Assembly: GCA_950097015.1 (NCBI GenBank)
Contig: CATNEN010000007.1
Span: 3,782,001 to 3,846,000 of the forward strand
Reading direction: 5' to 3'
From: Macrostomum hystrix
Lineage: Eukaryota; Animalia; Platyhelminthes
DNA: 64,000 nucleotides
Shown here piece by piece: positions 1-32,311 of the stretch. The position numbers were made by a program, and so were the translations under genes. The stretch's first letter is position 1; every line of letters begins with the position of its first letter. Under the pieces are notes generated by a model. It ran no database searches. It had not been told where the DNA came from and saw only the letters and a program-made list of their open reading frames with translations.

Positions 1-572
1 GGGGAAAATAAGATAAGATAAGGGGAGAAGAGAATGCAGGGGAAAAGATAAGGCAGGGGAGAAGATAAGGCAGGGGAGAAGAGAATGCAGGGGAAAAGAT
101 AAGGCAGGGGAGAAGAGAATGCAGGGGAGAAGATAATGCAGGAGAGAAGATAAGGAAGGGGAGAAGGAAAGGTAGGGGAGAAGATAAGGTAGGGGAGAAG
201 ATAAGGCAGGGGAGAAGAGAATGCAGGGGAGAAGAGAATGCAGGGGAGAAGATAAGGTAGGGGAGAAGGAAAGGTAGGGGAGAAAATAAGGCAGGGGAGA
301 AGGAAAGGTAGGGGAGAAAATAAGGCAGGGGAGAAGGAAAGGTAGGGGAGAAAATAAGGCAGGGGAGAAGGAAAGGTAGGGGAGAAAATAAGGCAGGGGA
401 GAAGAAAATGCAGGGGAGAAGAGAATGCAGGAGAGAAGATAAGGCAGGGGAGAAGATAAGGAAGGGGAGAAGAGAAAAAAGGGGAGAAGAGAAGGCTGGG
501 GAAGGAAAGGTAGCGGAGAAGATAAGGAAGGGGAGAAGAGGAAGGGGAGAAGGAAAGGCAGGGGGAATAGGC
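1..572. repeat. Degenerate ~17-bp purine-rich minisatellite in Ariadne intron 1
   Basis: GGGGAGAAGATAAGGCA / GGGGAGAAGAGAATGCA / GGGGAGAAGGAAAGGTA variants. Confidence 0.9.
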
Positions 573-594
573 AAGAAAATGGGTTTCCGCGCAC

Positions 595-971
595 CGGTCC
601 AACAGTCGGTCCTTGTCCCACCGGAAGGCCCTTAGCAGCAGGCGAATGTACTGCCTCGGCAGGTGCAGAACTTCAGCAGCGCTGTCAATGACGCGCTGCA
701 TGGAGTCCCAGAGTTCGTCAGGTGTGAGCACAGTGTAATAATCGCTGCGCCCGGAGTCCGTGCGAATCTGCTGGCCGATGTGATGGTGCTGCTGCACAGG
801 CAGCTGCTGCTGCACATCCTGCAGCACCATAGCGGCCGATCTGCCGCTGTTGCAGCTATTGTTTCTGTGCACCAGAGACTGCCGGCTCTGCTTTGCGGCC
901 AGAGGTTGCTCAGCGGGGGACTCTTGGCTGTGTCTCCTGCGCCGGCCACCGCTGCCACCGGCTCTGGCCAT
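595..971 (-). CDS. ARIH1: Ariadne-family RBR E3 ubiquitin ligase, first coding exon; the rest of the gene lies beyond the window start
   Basis: Hand translation from ATG at 971 (not in the ORF track): ...DYYTVLTPDELWDSMQRVIDSAAEVLHLPRQYIRLLLRAFRWDKDRLLDR, matching the N-terminal UBA-like region of ARIH1/ari-1 as I recall it. Ends at a phase-2 donor CG|GTGCGC at 594. ARIH1 versus ARIH2 is not certain from one exon. Confidence 0.8.
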
Positions 972-1304
972 AGACGATAGCATAGCCCAGTAGTCAGTGA
1001 GAGAGCTGCAAGCAGAGCCATAGTTAAAGGGATGGCTTGTTGAGGCGTAATTTTAGAAACAGATGATTTCAGAGCATGCGACAAATATTGGAAATTAAAT
1101 AGCAGCAAATGGGGCAACTTTTCTGATTTTTGGACTTTAAAGCTTTGAGATTAACTTCAAGAGATGCACTTCAGATAAGTGGAGATAAGTAAGGAAACGA
1201 AGAGAATATGTGAGGAGAATGATATAAGGAAGAGAAAAAAGTGGGAAGAAACAGAATAGGAAGGGAATGTAAATATGTTACATAATCGGTAGGAAACGAG
1301 AATG

Positions 1305-2460
1305 GAAGGAGAAAAGAGGGAGAAGAGAAGGGAAGGGAAGAAAGAGAAGGGGAATAAGGGAAGAGGAGAGGAGGGAAGGGGAAAGAAGGGAAGGGGAAGA
1401 AAGGAAAAGGGTGTGAGGAGGGAAGGGGAGGAAGGGAAGGTGAATAAAGGGAAGGGAGAAAGGGGAAGGGAAAAGAAGAGAAAGGGAAGAGGAGAGGAGG
1501 GAAGGGAAAGGAAGAGAAAGGGAAGGGGAGAGGAGGGAAGGGGAAAGAAGGGAAGGGAAAGAAAGGGAAGGGAAAGGAAAAGAAAGGGGAGAGGAGGGAA
1601 GGGAAAGGAAGAGAAAGGGAAGGGGAGAGGAGGGAAGGGGAAAGAAGGGAAGGGAAAGAAAGGGAAGGGAAAGGAAAAGAAAGGGGAGAGGAGGGAAGGG
1701 AAAGGAAGAGAAAGGGAAGAGGAGGGAAGGGAAAGGAAAAGAAAGGGGAGAGGAGGGAAGGGAAAGGAAAAGAAAGGGAAGAGGAGGGAAGGGAAAGGAA
1801 AAGAAAGGGAAGAGGAGGGAAGGGAAAGGAAAAGAAAGGGAAGAGGAGGGAAGGGAAAGGAAAAGAAAGGGGAGAGGAGGGAAGGGAAAGGAAAAGAAAG
1901 GGGAGAGGAGGGAAGGGAAAGGAAAAGAAAGGGAAGAGGAGGGAAGGGAAAGGAAGAGAAAGGGAAGGGGAGAGGAGGGAAGGGAAAGGAAAAGAAAGGG
2001 AAGAGGAGGGAAGGGAAAGGAAAAGAAAGGGGAGATGAGGGAAGGGAAAGGAAAAGAAAGGGAAGAGGAGGGAAGGGAAAGGAAAAGAAAGGGAAGAGGA
2101 GGGAAGGGAAAGGAAAAGAAAGGGGAGAGGAGGGAAGGGAAAGGAAGAGAAAGGGGAGAGGAGGGAAGGGAAAGGAAAAGAAAGGGAAGAGGAGGGAAGG
2201 GAAAGGAAGAGAAAGGGAAGGGGAGAGGAGGGAAGGGAAAGGAAGAGAAAGGGAAGGGGAGAGGAGGGAAGGGAAAGGAAAAGAAAGGGGAGATGAGGAA
2301 GGGAAAGGAAAAGAAAGGGAAGAGGAGGGAAGGGAAAGGAAAAGAAAAGGAAGAGGAGGGAAGGGAAAGGAAGAGAAAGGGAAGGGGGAGAAGGGAAGGG
2401 GAAGGTAGGGAAGGGAAAGAGAAGAGAAGGTAAGGTCAAGAGAAGAAGGGGAAGGGAAGA
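1305..2460. repeat. Polypurine (GA-only) low-complexity tandem repeat
   Basis: GGAGGGAAGGGAAAGGAAAAGAAAGGG-type units; almost no C or T over 1.1 kb. Confidence 0.95.
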
Positions 2461-2892
2461 GGATTATAAGTTCCTATACAAAAAACTGGAAGAGATTTCT
2501 GTAAATACAAAAGAACGAATAATTTTGAATCAACCTACATATGAATATCTTTTGCTGAAAATAGTGGCGACTTCGGCTTAAAACCGATAGAGAGCCACAT
2601 AAGCTGTACCATAGACTATCGAACGAGACATTTACATACATGCTTACTGCTTTTTTCATTAAGTAGTACACAAAGGGAAATATTATCATTCTAGCAATGC
2701 AATGGGCGCATTGAGGAACAGTCAAGTACGATATGAGCGTTAATACGAGTAAAAGCAGCAGAAATTTTTGCAGAAAATGCTGCCAGTCGGTCTTAATTCA
2801 GACCGAATCGCCGTGTCTGATTGTGTAAAAATTCTTTCAGAACACATAGGGAAACAGGACTGCTGAATGATCTGCGATCGATGAGACCTAAT

Positions 2893-3552
2893 TAGGGATC
2901 TGGGATCGAAAAGACAGAATTGGGATCTGGGATCGAATAGGCAGAATTGGGGATCTGGGATCGATTAGGCAGAATTGGGGATCTGGGATCTATTAGGCAG
3001 AATTGGGGATCTGGGATCGAAAAGACAGAATTGGGGATCTGGGATCGAATAGGCAGAATTGGGGATCTGGGATCGAAAAGACAGAATTGGGATCTGGGAT
3101 CGAATAGGCAGAATTGGGGATCTGGGATCAATTAGGCAGAATTGGGGATCTGGGATCTATTAGGCAGAATTGGGGATCTGGGATCGAAAAGACAGAATTG
3201 GGATCTGGGATCGAATAGGCAGAATTGGGGATCTGGGATCGATTAGGCAGAATTGGGGATCTGGGATCGAAAAGACAGAATTGGGATCTGGGATCGAATA
3301 GGCAGAATTGGGGATCTGGGATCGATTAGTCAGAATTGGGGATCTGGGATCGAATAGGCAGAATTGGGGATCTGGGATCGAAAAGACAGAATTGGGATCT
3401 GGGATCGAATAGGCAGAATTGGGGATCTGGGATCGATTAGGCAGAATTGGGGATCTGGGATCGATTAGGCAGAATTGGGGATCTGGGATCGAATAGGCAG
3501 AATTGGGGATCTGGGATCGAATAGGCATAATTGGGGATCTGGGATCGAATAG
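2893..3552. repeat. 28-bp minisatellite just 3' of the DBF4 stop codon
   Basis: GGGATCGAATAGGCAGAATTGGGGATCT, about 23 copies with 27-bp variants. Confidence 0.95.
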
Positions 3553-3649
3553 GCACAATCGGATATATGGGACTGAAAAGATTTTGGAACGCTAACGAGT
3601 ACGTCATTGGAGAAAGCAGCGAGCGCACGAAGCTGACAAAGTGCTCAGC

Positions 3650-5797
3650 TCAGCTCAATAATCGCTTGCGGTTCCTCCTGGTCAGGTCGGTAGGAGACGA
3701 ATCGGATTTCGCCTGACTAGCTGACTGCGACCGGCCTGAAGCAGCGGCTGACGAAGCCGGAGTCAGGGAGCTGCGAAACTGATCCGTGGCGTCTGACCAG
3801 TTGGACAGCGCCAGGGGGACTGTCTCGTCATCAGCTGGAACCACCGCCACATCCGCAGCTTCAGTGACTGCGGCGATGGCTGCCGCGGCCGCGTCAACAT
3901 CCGGGTCGCTGCGGCTCAGCCGGCCGAAACTGCTCCGATTGAAAGTCGGCGAGCCGACTGGGCAGGCTGCTTCCGGCACATCAGCCGGGGCGTCGGCTAG
4001 CTCAGGACTGTTGTTTGACAGGGCCAGACACTCAGTGACATCGCTGCGGGCAGGCGAAGTAGGCTGCCGTTCCATGCTGGGCAAACGGCTGTTGGATCGA
4101 GAGAATGACGTCAGTTTTCTCTGCTTGACGATTACCACAGCATTAATAACAGGTTCAGCATGCGGGGACGAGTCTGCCAGCTGTCGGTGCTCCGCAGCAG
4201 CCCGAGTGTTGCCGCTAGCAGCAGCAATGGGCGTTACCTGCTCCAGTCTGGGACGTTTTGCATGTGGCGGCTGCTCGGTTGAAGGCCGCGAGCGCTGACT
4301 CAGCGACCGGGACCACTGAATTGACTGCGGAGCCGATTTACGGCCGGCGCGTTGGTGCTGTAGACTGAGCCGAGAGGCCGGTGCGGTTGGGCCGCAGCTC
4401 ACGCGACGACCGGGCAGGTACTTCACCTCCTGCTGGCTGCGTGCGCGCCGCCTGGCGGCAAGGACTGACGCCGCCGCTGCCGCGACAAGCGGCGTTTGCT
4501 TGACGCCACCACGCGGACTGGCAGCCAGGTTGTTGAGCTTGGCGACCAGCCTGGCCGCGGCTTCGCTTTCCGTCCGCTCGGCATCAGCGGTGCCCGGTGA
4601 AGACCCAGTCTTAGTCTGACAGCGCGCGGCCAGTGCTTCGTCCAAGGTCGGCAGGGTGGACAGAATGCGATCGATCTCGGCAAAATTAGCCGGCGTCGCT
4701 ACAAAATTTCGGTGCCGCGGACCGGTCACGTGACTATTGAAGTCCTGGTAGCAGCCGTGACAATTTTCGCAGCGGCGCTTCGTTGAAGGCGGCTGCGATT
4801 GGCCCGCTGCCGCGTTTCGGCGTCGCGACTGCTGAGTGCGACGTCGGTTCTCCTTCTGCTGACGAGGCGATGCTGCGGCGTCTGCGGGCACCTCGACAGC
4901 TTCGGCGGCAGCAGCTGCAGTCCCATTAAAATAGTCAAAAACGTCGATGGCCTCGCAGACGATAGGGCCACATTTTCGCCGCGGATCGGCGATAACAACG
5001 GCCGGCGGCGTTAGGACGCGATCGCCGGAGTAGAACTGAGGAGTTGCCGAATTCGTAGCCGCTGACAAAGCTGACAGAGGTGTGGCCGGCTGCTGATTGG
5101 GTGCGGGCGTGGCAGCGGCCCCATCCGGAGCAGCTTCCGGTGGCAGGTGGCCGCTAGCCCGCAGGCAGTCGCGCACATCGGCTAGGCTGTAAATCGGCAA
5201 GCCAGCCAGGGAGCGCGGCCTGCTGTCAACAGCCGGCGCTGCAGCTGCGGATCCGGCAGCTGCGGCCAGGCGCTGCAGCAGGAGGCCACGAGAGGAGGCC
5301 GCAGATGCCGGCGGAACCATCGCCGCAGACGTCGAAGTGGATGCACTCGGTGGCGGACCGGGCGCGGAGAACAAAGCGGCTTTTGTCTTTGGCACATCCG
5401 CATTGGAGACTACGCAATGGACCTGAAATATGGAGGGGCGAAACTTGCACCTTGGAATGGCAGCATTGTGATGGACTCTTCGAAATGAGTCTAATCAAAC
5501 TGCATCAAAAACTCCCGCCCTCATAGATATATACTAGACCTGCCACTACATGAGACTGAGGCAAATTGATGCAAACAAAAGCCTTCCAACCTGATTCGAG
5601 AAGAACTTCTCCACAATGCCACCGCAGAGGCGAACTCCAGTTTCGCATTGCCTGTCGGGTCGAGTACCCGGCTCATAGTAGAAAAATATTCGCTTCTTTG
5701 CAAGCTTCGATGAGGTCAGGGGCAGAGCAGGCTTTGACGCTGGTGGTTGTTGCTGCTGCTGCTGCTGCTGAGGCAGCTTTTTAGTGCCATCGGACAA
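3650..5797 (-). CDS. DBF4: DBF4/Chiffon-like regulatory subunit of Cdc7 kinase; exons 5797-5591 and 5422-3650, most upstream exon unresolved
   Basis: The spliced junction FFSNQ|VHCVVSN rebuilds motif N (KRIFFYYE...GGIVEKFFSNQVHCVVSN). Motif M-like LTPPAVVIADPRRKCGPIVCEAIDVFDYF and the Dbf4 zinc finger RRCENCHGCYQDFNSHVTGPRHRNF follow. Donor GT at 5590, acceptor AG ending 5423, in frame. The track's 'M' at 5803 is a TTG inside an acceptor (TTGCAG). Confidence 0.85.
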
Positions 5798-5948
5798 CTG
5801 CAATTACGAAATAAATGACAACATCTTGTAATATCGATTCATAGGTAACCTGCAGAATCTTCTGTTCATTAATCCTATTATTTCTGGGACATAATCCATT
5901 AATAAAAAAGATTTTTATTCCATTATTCAAAGCCATCATCATAATTTT

Positions 5949-6160
5949 GGGGAGGAGTGGCAGAGTGGTCTAACATGTTTGCCTTTCACATCAGGGTCCC
6001 TGAGCTTGATTCCATGCCAAGGCCACTTTCATTTGGGGTGCAGCCATAGAGAGAAGGCTTTGGGGCTTGCCATGCAGGCATGCAATATAAACAATTGAGG
6101 GCCAAACTCCAAGGCACAGTGAGTGTACACTCATGAGCCTGACAATGATAAAGTCAGGAC
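5949..6160 (+). mobile_element. tRNA-derived SINE family A, diverged 3'-truncated copy
   Basis: Head GGGGAGGAGTGGCAGAGTGG (box A) and GAGCTTGATTCC (box B-like); body aligns by eye to the 39984 copy. Confidence 0.75.
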
Positions 6161-7233
6161 TCTGGTCTTTGGTCCTGGTCCTGACTTTATCATTGTCAGG
6201 CTCATCAGTGTATTACTGAATTGTGCCAGTGCCACAACTTTCCTATTGCTGCCTACCCTTTTATCAACATTATTTGCACCTATTTTATAATTAGCTATAA
6301 AGCTGGCCAATAACTAAAAATATAAAAGAAAAAAGTTTATTGTACAGAATGGTTATCACTGTAAGGTTAGTGTAATAGCTGACTGGTACATTTAAAGAAC
6401 AATAGCTAAGCTTAGCTTTAGACTAGTAATTAAGAAACAAGTAAAAAAACCAACAAAACATAACTATGTAACTTTTAAGGTAACAAAAAAAGTTTTTTTT
6501 TCAAATGACAAAGGACTTAACTTTTAACAATTTTCACTATTATCATTTATTAAATTTTATTTGTCTTCTTAGTACTGCTATGTTTATAAATATAATATTA
6601 TTAAGAATAGTTCTGTATATTTTTAAATTGTGTCAAATGTAATAAATTACATATCATAAAAATGTAATATCATTTAAATTTGGAGTAAATTTTAAACAAT
6701 TTAATTGCTATCATAATATTATTGAAATAATGGAGCTTTAAATTTAAGAATACTGCATGCTTTGGTTATATCAACTTAGGTAGGCCTAACAACTTCTGTA
6801 AGACATTTTCAGTCCTCAACTTGAAAGAAAGGAAGAGCAATGAGTTTGCAATAAAATATGCTGACAGTATAAATAACAATATAAACTGTCTGCTACCTGA
6901 GCTGAGTGCCTGAATATAATGAAAGATGGCCTTGTTGAAATGAAAATTGACATAGTCCTTTTTAAGAAAATAATGTATTGTAAATGCTTACCTTATTAAA
7001 AGGATTTATATATATATGATAACTCGCTCATTTATATTTGTATTCTTTTATATGTTTCTGTACCAGACCAGTTCACTGTAGAATTGTGTAGTGTAGCCAC
7101 AATTATTTATTATATTTTGCATGACAATTTAATAATCATAGGTCCTAATGCAATTAGTTTAATTATTTGATAATTAAATAATTAATTATTTGATAATAAT
7201 TTGATAACAATTAACATATAATTGTTACATCAA

Positions 7234-7514
7234 CATACATGCGCAACACCCGGCCGACCCGGCCGAACCGGCCGGGTGAAACGAGGGCCAAGCAAGGTAA
7301 GTCGCAAAAACCAATTGACCAAGCGCAAAAAAATCAAAGAGGGGACCAAGGGACAAAAAAGGAAGGCATGAAGAAAAGGAAAAAGGGGAGAGAAAAAGAG
7401 AGCAAATGAGAGCAAACTAAGTCGTAAATAGAGCAATGAAATGAACTAAGTCGCAAATGAGAGCAAAAACTAAGTCGCACGGCCGGCTAAGATTTGGGAG
7501 GTTGCGCATGTATG
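7234..7514. mobile_element. 281-bp MITE with 14-bp TIRs and 9-bp TSD (Mutator-like if the 9-bp reading holds)
   Basis: TIR CATACATGCGCAAC / GTTGCGCATGTATG; TTACATCAA duplicated at 7225-7233 and 7515-7523; no ORF of note. Confidence 0.85.
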
Positions 7515-9413
7515 TTACATCAAGTCCATCTATAAGGGTTTGCACATTCCAATGGCGGCTTCAGACATATTTTATCACAAGCTGCCACCTGCTAGACTAG
7601 TAGAGTTTAGGTGGTATTGCCTAGGCAATAAAAAGCCTAAAAGGCTGCCAGTACAAATAGTCACTTCTTATTACAATTAAATTGCACATAGTATATAGCT
7701 AGGCCTAATTTAGGTACTAAGCTTGCGAATTGCTTCAGTAGGCCTTAAAATGAGTTAGGCCATAAAATTATCGGCATTTGGCCTATTGCAATTTGAGATG
7801 CCTATCAGCTACTTTCCTTTCCTTTTCGAAAAAAACAAGAATAGCATAGGCAGATCCACAATGAGTATAGATAGTTAAATCGATATAACAGCAGTTAATA
7901 ACACAAAATATTTAGATCTTTTCTAGATAGATATTATGGGCAAGGGCAATAATTATGGGCAAGGGCAATAACTGACAGCAGCACACTGGTAAAAAGCTCT
8001 CAAAGTTAGTTAGAATTTAATTTTTTTAAACAAACGCGATATTATTTTATTTAAAAGTTTTATTCAGAGAAGAAAAAATGAATTAATACTGTTAGAAAAA
8101 TATTTATTTCGTAATTTAATTCAACAGTTTCAAGTTTATTGAATTATATTACCTAACTTAACAATAAGTTATACTTGATCGATTTCGTTCAATTTTGATT
8201 TGTTGCGGACACTAAGTTTCTGCGTCGTCATCGGCGACAAGCTGGCAGGTCATATCATTCGTGTCGATTCCTATGCTACCCACTGCCGTTGCAGGAGGTG
8301 CTGCTGTTCAACCTGCAGGCACCCAACCAGTGCGAACTCGGCACTTCGAACCATTGCGATGCCTGCTGGCTGACGCTGGCGCCCTGGAGGCCGCACCACC
8401 CCGCGCGGCGCCTTTGTTGCGCCCAGGGTCTGAAACGCACCCTGTTACGCGTTTTACTGATTTTTTTACCCTGACAGCTTGCATTCTTGCTTTTGTTGTT
8501 TTTGTGTGAGTGTGTGTGCGTGTGTGTGCGTGTGTGTGCGTGGTGTGTTGCACTTGCTGCTGTTCGCTCCGGTTGGTGCGGTCACTCAAACGTGACAGCC
8601 TGAGTTTCTGACGGAATTCCAGATGTTTCTTGCCCCGGTCGGGCAGTGACAGAGGTCGTGCAGCTCGAAGATCCCGACCTTTCGTCGGGTCGATTCCGAC
8701 GCCACTAACACTAACTCTAGGTTCTCGATGTCCTCCGCTTCAGCGCCGCGCACCATGCACAGTCGACCGACCGATCGATCGGCGACCGGCCGATTGGCCG
8801 ACTCCGAACGCTTACTGTTACCTGGTGGGCACGCCTGCAGAAAGGTTTTGTGTCCCGATCTCAGCCGGCTAATCTTCCACCGCTCGTTTGTGGCCCAGCA
8901 CTTCTCACTCTGCCAGTCGATGCCTGCAGCTATTATTGTTGTACGAACTCTATTTGCTTGATTTGATTTTTAGCCTATGTTCTGGATTTTCATGACAAGT
9001 GGTTTAATATTTTGGTAGATGCAGAAAAAGAATAAATCCGTTTTTTCACTTTTTCATTTTAATCAGCCGCATGTTTTTTCACTTTTTCATTTTAATCAGC
9101 CGCATGAAATACATGTAGTAAACCTGCCTCATGGTGTCAAGCCGAGCTTAAATATCAATTTATGTACATTGCGAATCTACGCCCACCCATGCAGTGTTAT
9201 CTGAAGCACATTCTTTCAGGACCATACATAGCTCGTAATGTGCGCTCAAAATCTTGATATAGCCTTTTTAATGTATTTTTTCTGCCTTAGACTTTCCTAA
9301 TGCTTAATAGATAAAAGAAGCAAACTTCAAGGCGAGATAACCAAACAGTGTTAGCGAGAAACAGGTTTGGCAGCGTTGCTGGACTCAACCATTGCTATTT
9401 TCACTGCTTTTAC

Positions 9414-9620
9414 TATATAAGCTTTGAGAAATCGAACATCGAGATCTGTTTTGAGTCTGCTCATCAAAGAGCAGCGGTGAGTTTTGTGCGGTCTGGCCCT
9501 GTAAAACTTTGAGAATTCTGAAGATTGTTGAGCTATTGATTTCTGAGAAAGATCGTCGATTTCAAACATAGTTTTAACAGATTTGAATGCGCACCTGATC
9601 GCAGAAAGTATCATTTTTAG
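9414..9620 (+). promoter_or_regulatory. Putative TATA box, short 5' UTR exon and UTR intron of otoferlin
   Basis: TATATAA at 9414-9420, donor CG|GTGAGT at 9477, acceptor TTTTTAG ending 9620, 20 nt before the ATG. No transcript evidence. Confidence 0.4.
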
Positions 9621-9640
9621 GTGTCGTTCTCCAATTACAC

Positions 9641-30223
<20,583 letters not shown>

Positions 30224-30361
30224 GCCTGAGCTCACATTGTTTGAGAAGTCTGAGACGACTGTTATAAATATTCAACTGTTTGTTGCAGTCGGTTTTTCCA
30301 AATTGCAACACAATCGTTTCAAACTGTTTGTACCTATGACAAACCTTTCTTAACTCCAGTT

Positions 30362-30367
30362 AATAAA
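30362..30367 (+). terminator. Likely polyadenylation signal of otoferlin
   Basis: AATAAA about 140 nt after the stop codon at 30223. Confidence 0.5.
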
Positions 30368-30822
30368 ATCTTTACAATACACTTTTAGACCGTGAACATT
30401 CGATTGTATAATAGTGCATGAACATCTTAAATTTACTCGTACTTTTGCATTACTCTCTTATGTCTTCGTAGTAGGTATAAAGTATTTGTTTTATCTTGAC
30501 AAATTTTCCATTTGACATTGTTTGCTTCAGTGACTAATAGGCAAGTCGCCATTCGTCCTATCATGTGCATTGTTCGTTAGTGCTATTTTAAATACTTCCA
30601 GTAAATAGTTTTTCCTGTTCTTTCTTAAGTAAAACGTATTTAACATGTAGTGTTTAACTTGATTATCTCTGAAACAGAGAGCTATGTTTTTAGCGAAGAA
30701 GGGTTTGTACATAGACACCGAGCGAATAATGCACAAGTCAATTGACGCAAAGTGAGACTTTGCACCGACTGCAAACCACTTAGTACTCAGTAGATGTAGA
30801 AACTAATTGAAAAGTTTGAGCA

Positions 30823-31608
30823 ATGTCGTCGAAACCGGAAGAAATCCATGCCACATCCTGCCAGGAGGCGGCCATCAGCCGACGATCCGTCGGTGGCAGA
30901 CAGCATGGAGCGGAGGATCCTAGCGCAGAAAAGGCGCACAATCGCCACACTATGTCGTCCCGCAGAATCACAACCGCATCTTCGACCAAACAGAATGTGG
31001 CATTGAGTAAGACAGCCTCAGAACTGAAGCCGAATAATAAGCGAAATAAACTGCCACCAACGCGACAAAGGCGCCAACAAGCGAGCGCTACCGCTCAGCC
31101 AAATCCTGACAACAATGCACTGGAGAAGGTGGAGCAGCCGCAGACTATCAAATCCAGCAACTCGGTTTCCAGGACTCATTCAGCGAGTTCTAAGCTTTTA
31201 TCTCCTAATAATATTAGAAAGCCAACTACAACTACAACTGCAACTACAACTACAACTACATCTACAACTACAACGACGGCGACAAAGATGGGCGTAGAAA
31301 TGCTTCCCGGCCATAAGCTACTTTACCAACTGCAGCTGAAGTCGCGCCTTCTGCACGCCGACGTTCTACGCGAAGAGGCGGACAATTTTCTGCCAATGCC
31401 GAGCAGAAAAAAGGAGGCGGCAGCGGCTGGCAAAAAACTGACGCAGCCATTGCCGACTCAGCATATTCCCAAGCCGATGGTACCGGTGCGATCTGTGGCC
31501 GAGATGGAGGCCGAGCTGTTCGGCCTGACACAGCCTGGCACGAGGCAGCCCAGCCGAGCGAATGATAATGAAGAAGTGTTTGAAGTGCCGATACCCCGAC
31601 GACAATAA
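30823..31608 (+). CDS. Hypothetical low-complexity protein (S/T/K/R-rich, poly-Thr), 261 aa
   Basis: Long ATG-to-TAA ORF in non-repeat sequence with AT-rich flanks; no recognised domain. Confidence 0.5.
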   Translation: MSSKPEEIHATSCQEAAISRRSVGGRQHGAEDPSAEKAHNRHTMSSRRITTASSTKQNVALSKTASELKPNNKRNKLPPTRQRRQQASATAQPNPDNNALEKVEQPQTIKSSNSVSRTHSASSKLLSPNNIRKPTTTTTATTTTTTSTTTTTATKMGVEMLPGHKLLYQLQLKSRLLHADVLREEADNFLPMPSRKKEAAAAGKKLTQPLPTQHIPKPMVPVRSVAEMEAELFGLTQPGTRQPSRANDNEEVFEVPIPRRQ

Positions 31609-32311
31609 ATTGAGCAGCCTTTTGCTGTCTTTAATATCAATTTTTGAGAAGAGAAAAATATAGAATTTATTTCAATTAATTTCGTCTTTTTCTGGATTCG
31701 CTTCGCAGCGGTATTGACGTCTTACGTCTTACGTTTTGCGTCCCCAGAAAGTGTGGCGATCGGGACATCTCCAGTTCTTTCGAGACAGTCCTTAAAATAC
31801 TTAGAGCTAACTAAAGAGTTTAAAATGGACTTCAAATGATATTACAAACAATATAATTATTTTTCCTAATTGTATAGATTGTAGATCCGTAGTACAAAAG
31901 CGAGTATAGTACTAGCGAATACTACGAGCTTACCTTGATATGCTCGTTGTTCTAAAAAAGTCCCTTTTACTTAGTTGCTAGGCATTAGTTGCTAATGCCT
32001 TGACCCAAAAACATCTTGGGATAGTCCCAAGCCAAAACAAAGAAATCTGAAGCGGGGTAAGTATTTATAGACTCAAACAGCCAATGAAATTGAAACGGGG
32101 GCCTATCCCGGGATTGTGTTCGGTCAAAGCCATAGATATTTCGCAGATGAGCAATCCACGATGACATTTCTTTTACCGGCACTAATTAATCTATGGCCAT
32201 TAACGGGCACGACTTTCCCTCAAAAGTGAGCTTATTTAAAATAGGGCAGCAGCAGTAAACTTTAGTTTATTTTTTGTTGCGAGAGTCTGACAAAAGCAGA
32301 TCCGTGAAAGC

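Noticed and set aside
1171-2439. Long ORFs (422, 368, 132 aa) in the GA tract, and similar ones at 56553-57405
   Set aside because: Stop-free only because the tract lacks T on one strand; translations are pure repeat.
8665-8730. Small hairpin (CCCGAC-CTTTC-GTCGGG) plus a CTAACACTAACTCT motif, considered as a Helentron-like end
   Set aside because: Single occurrence with no matching other end; too little evidence.
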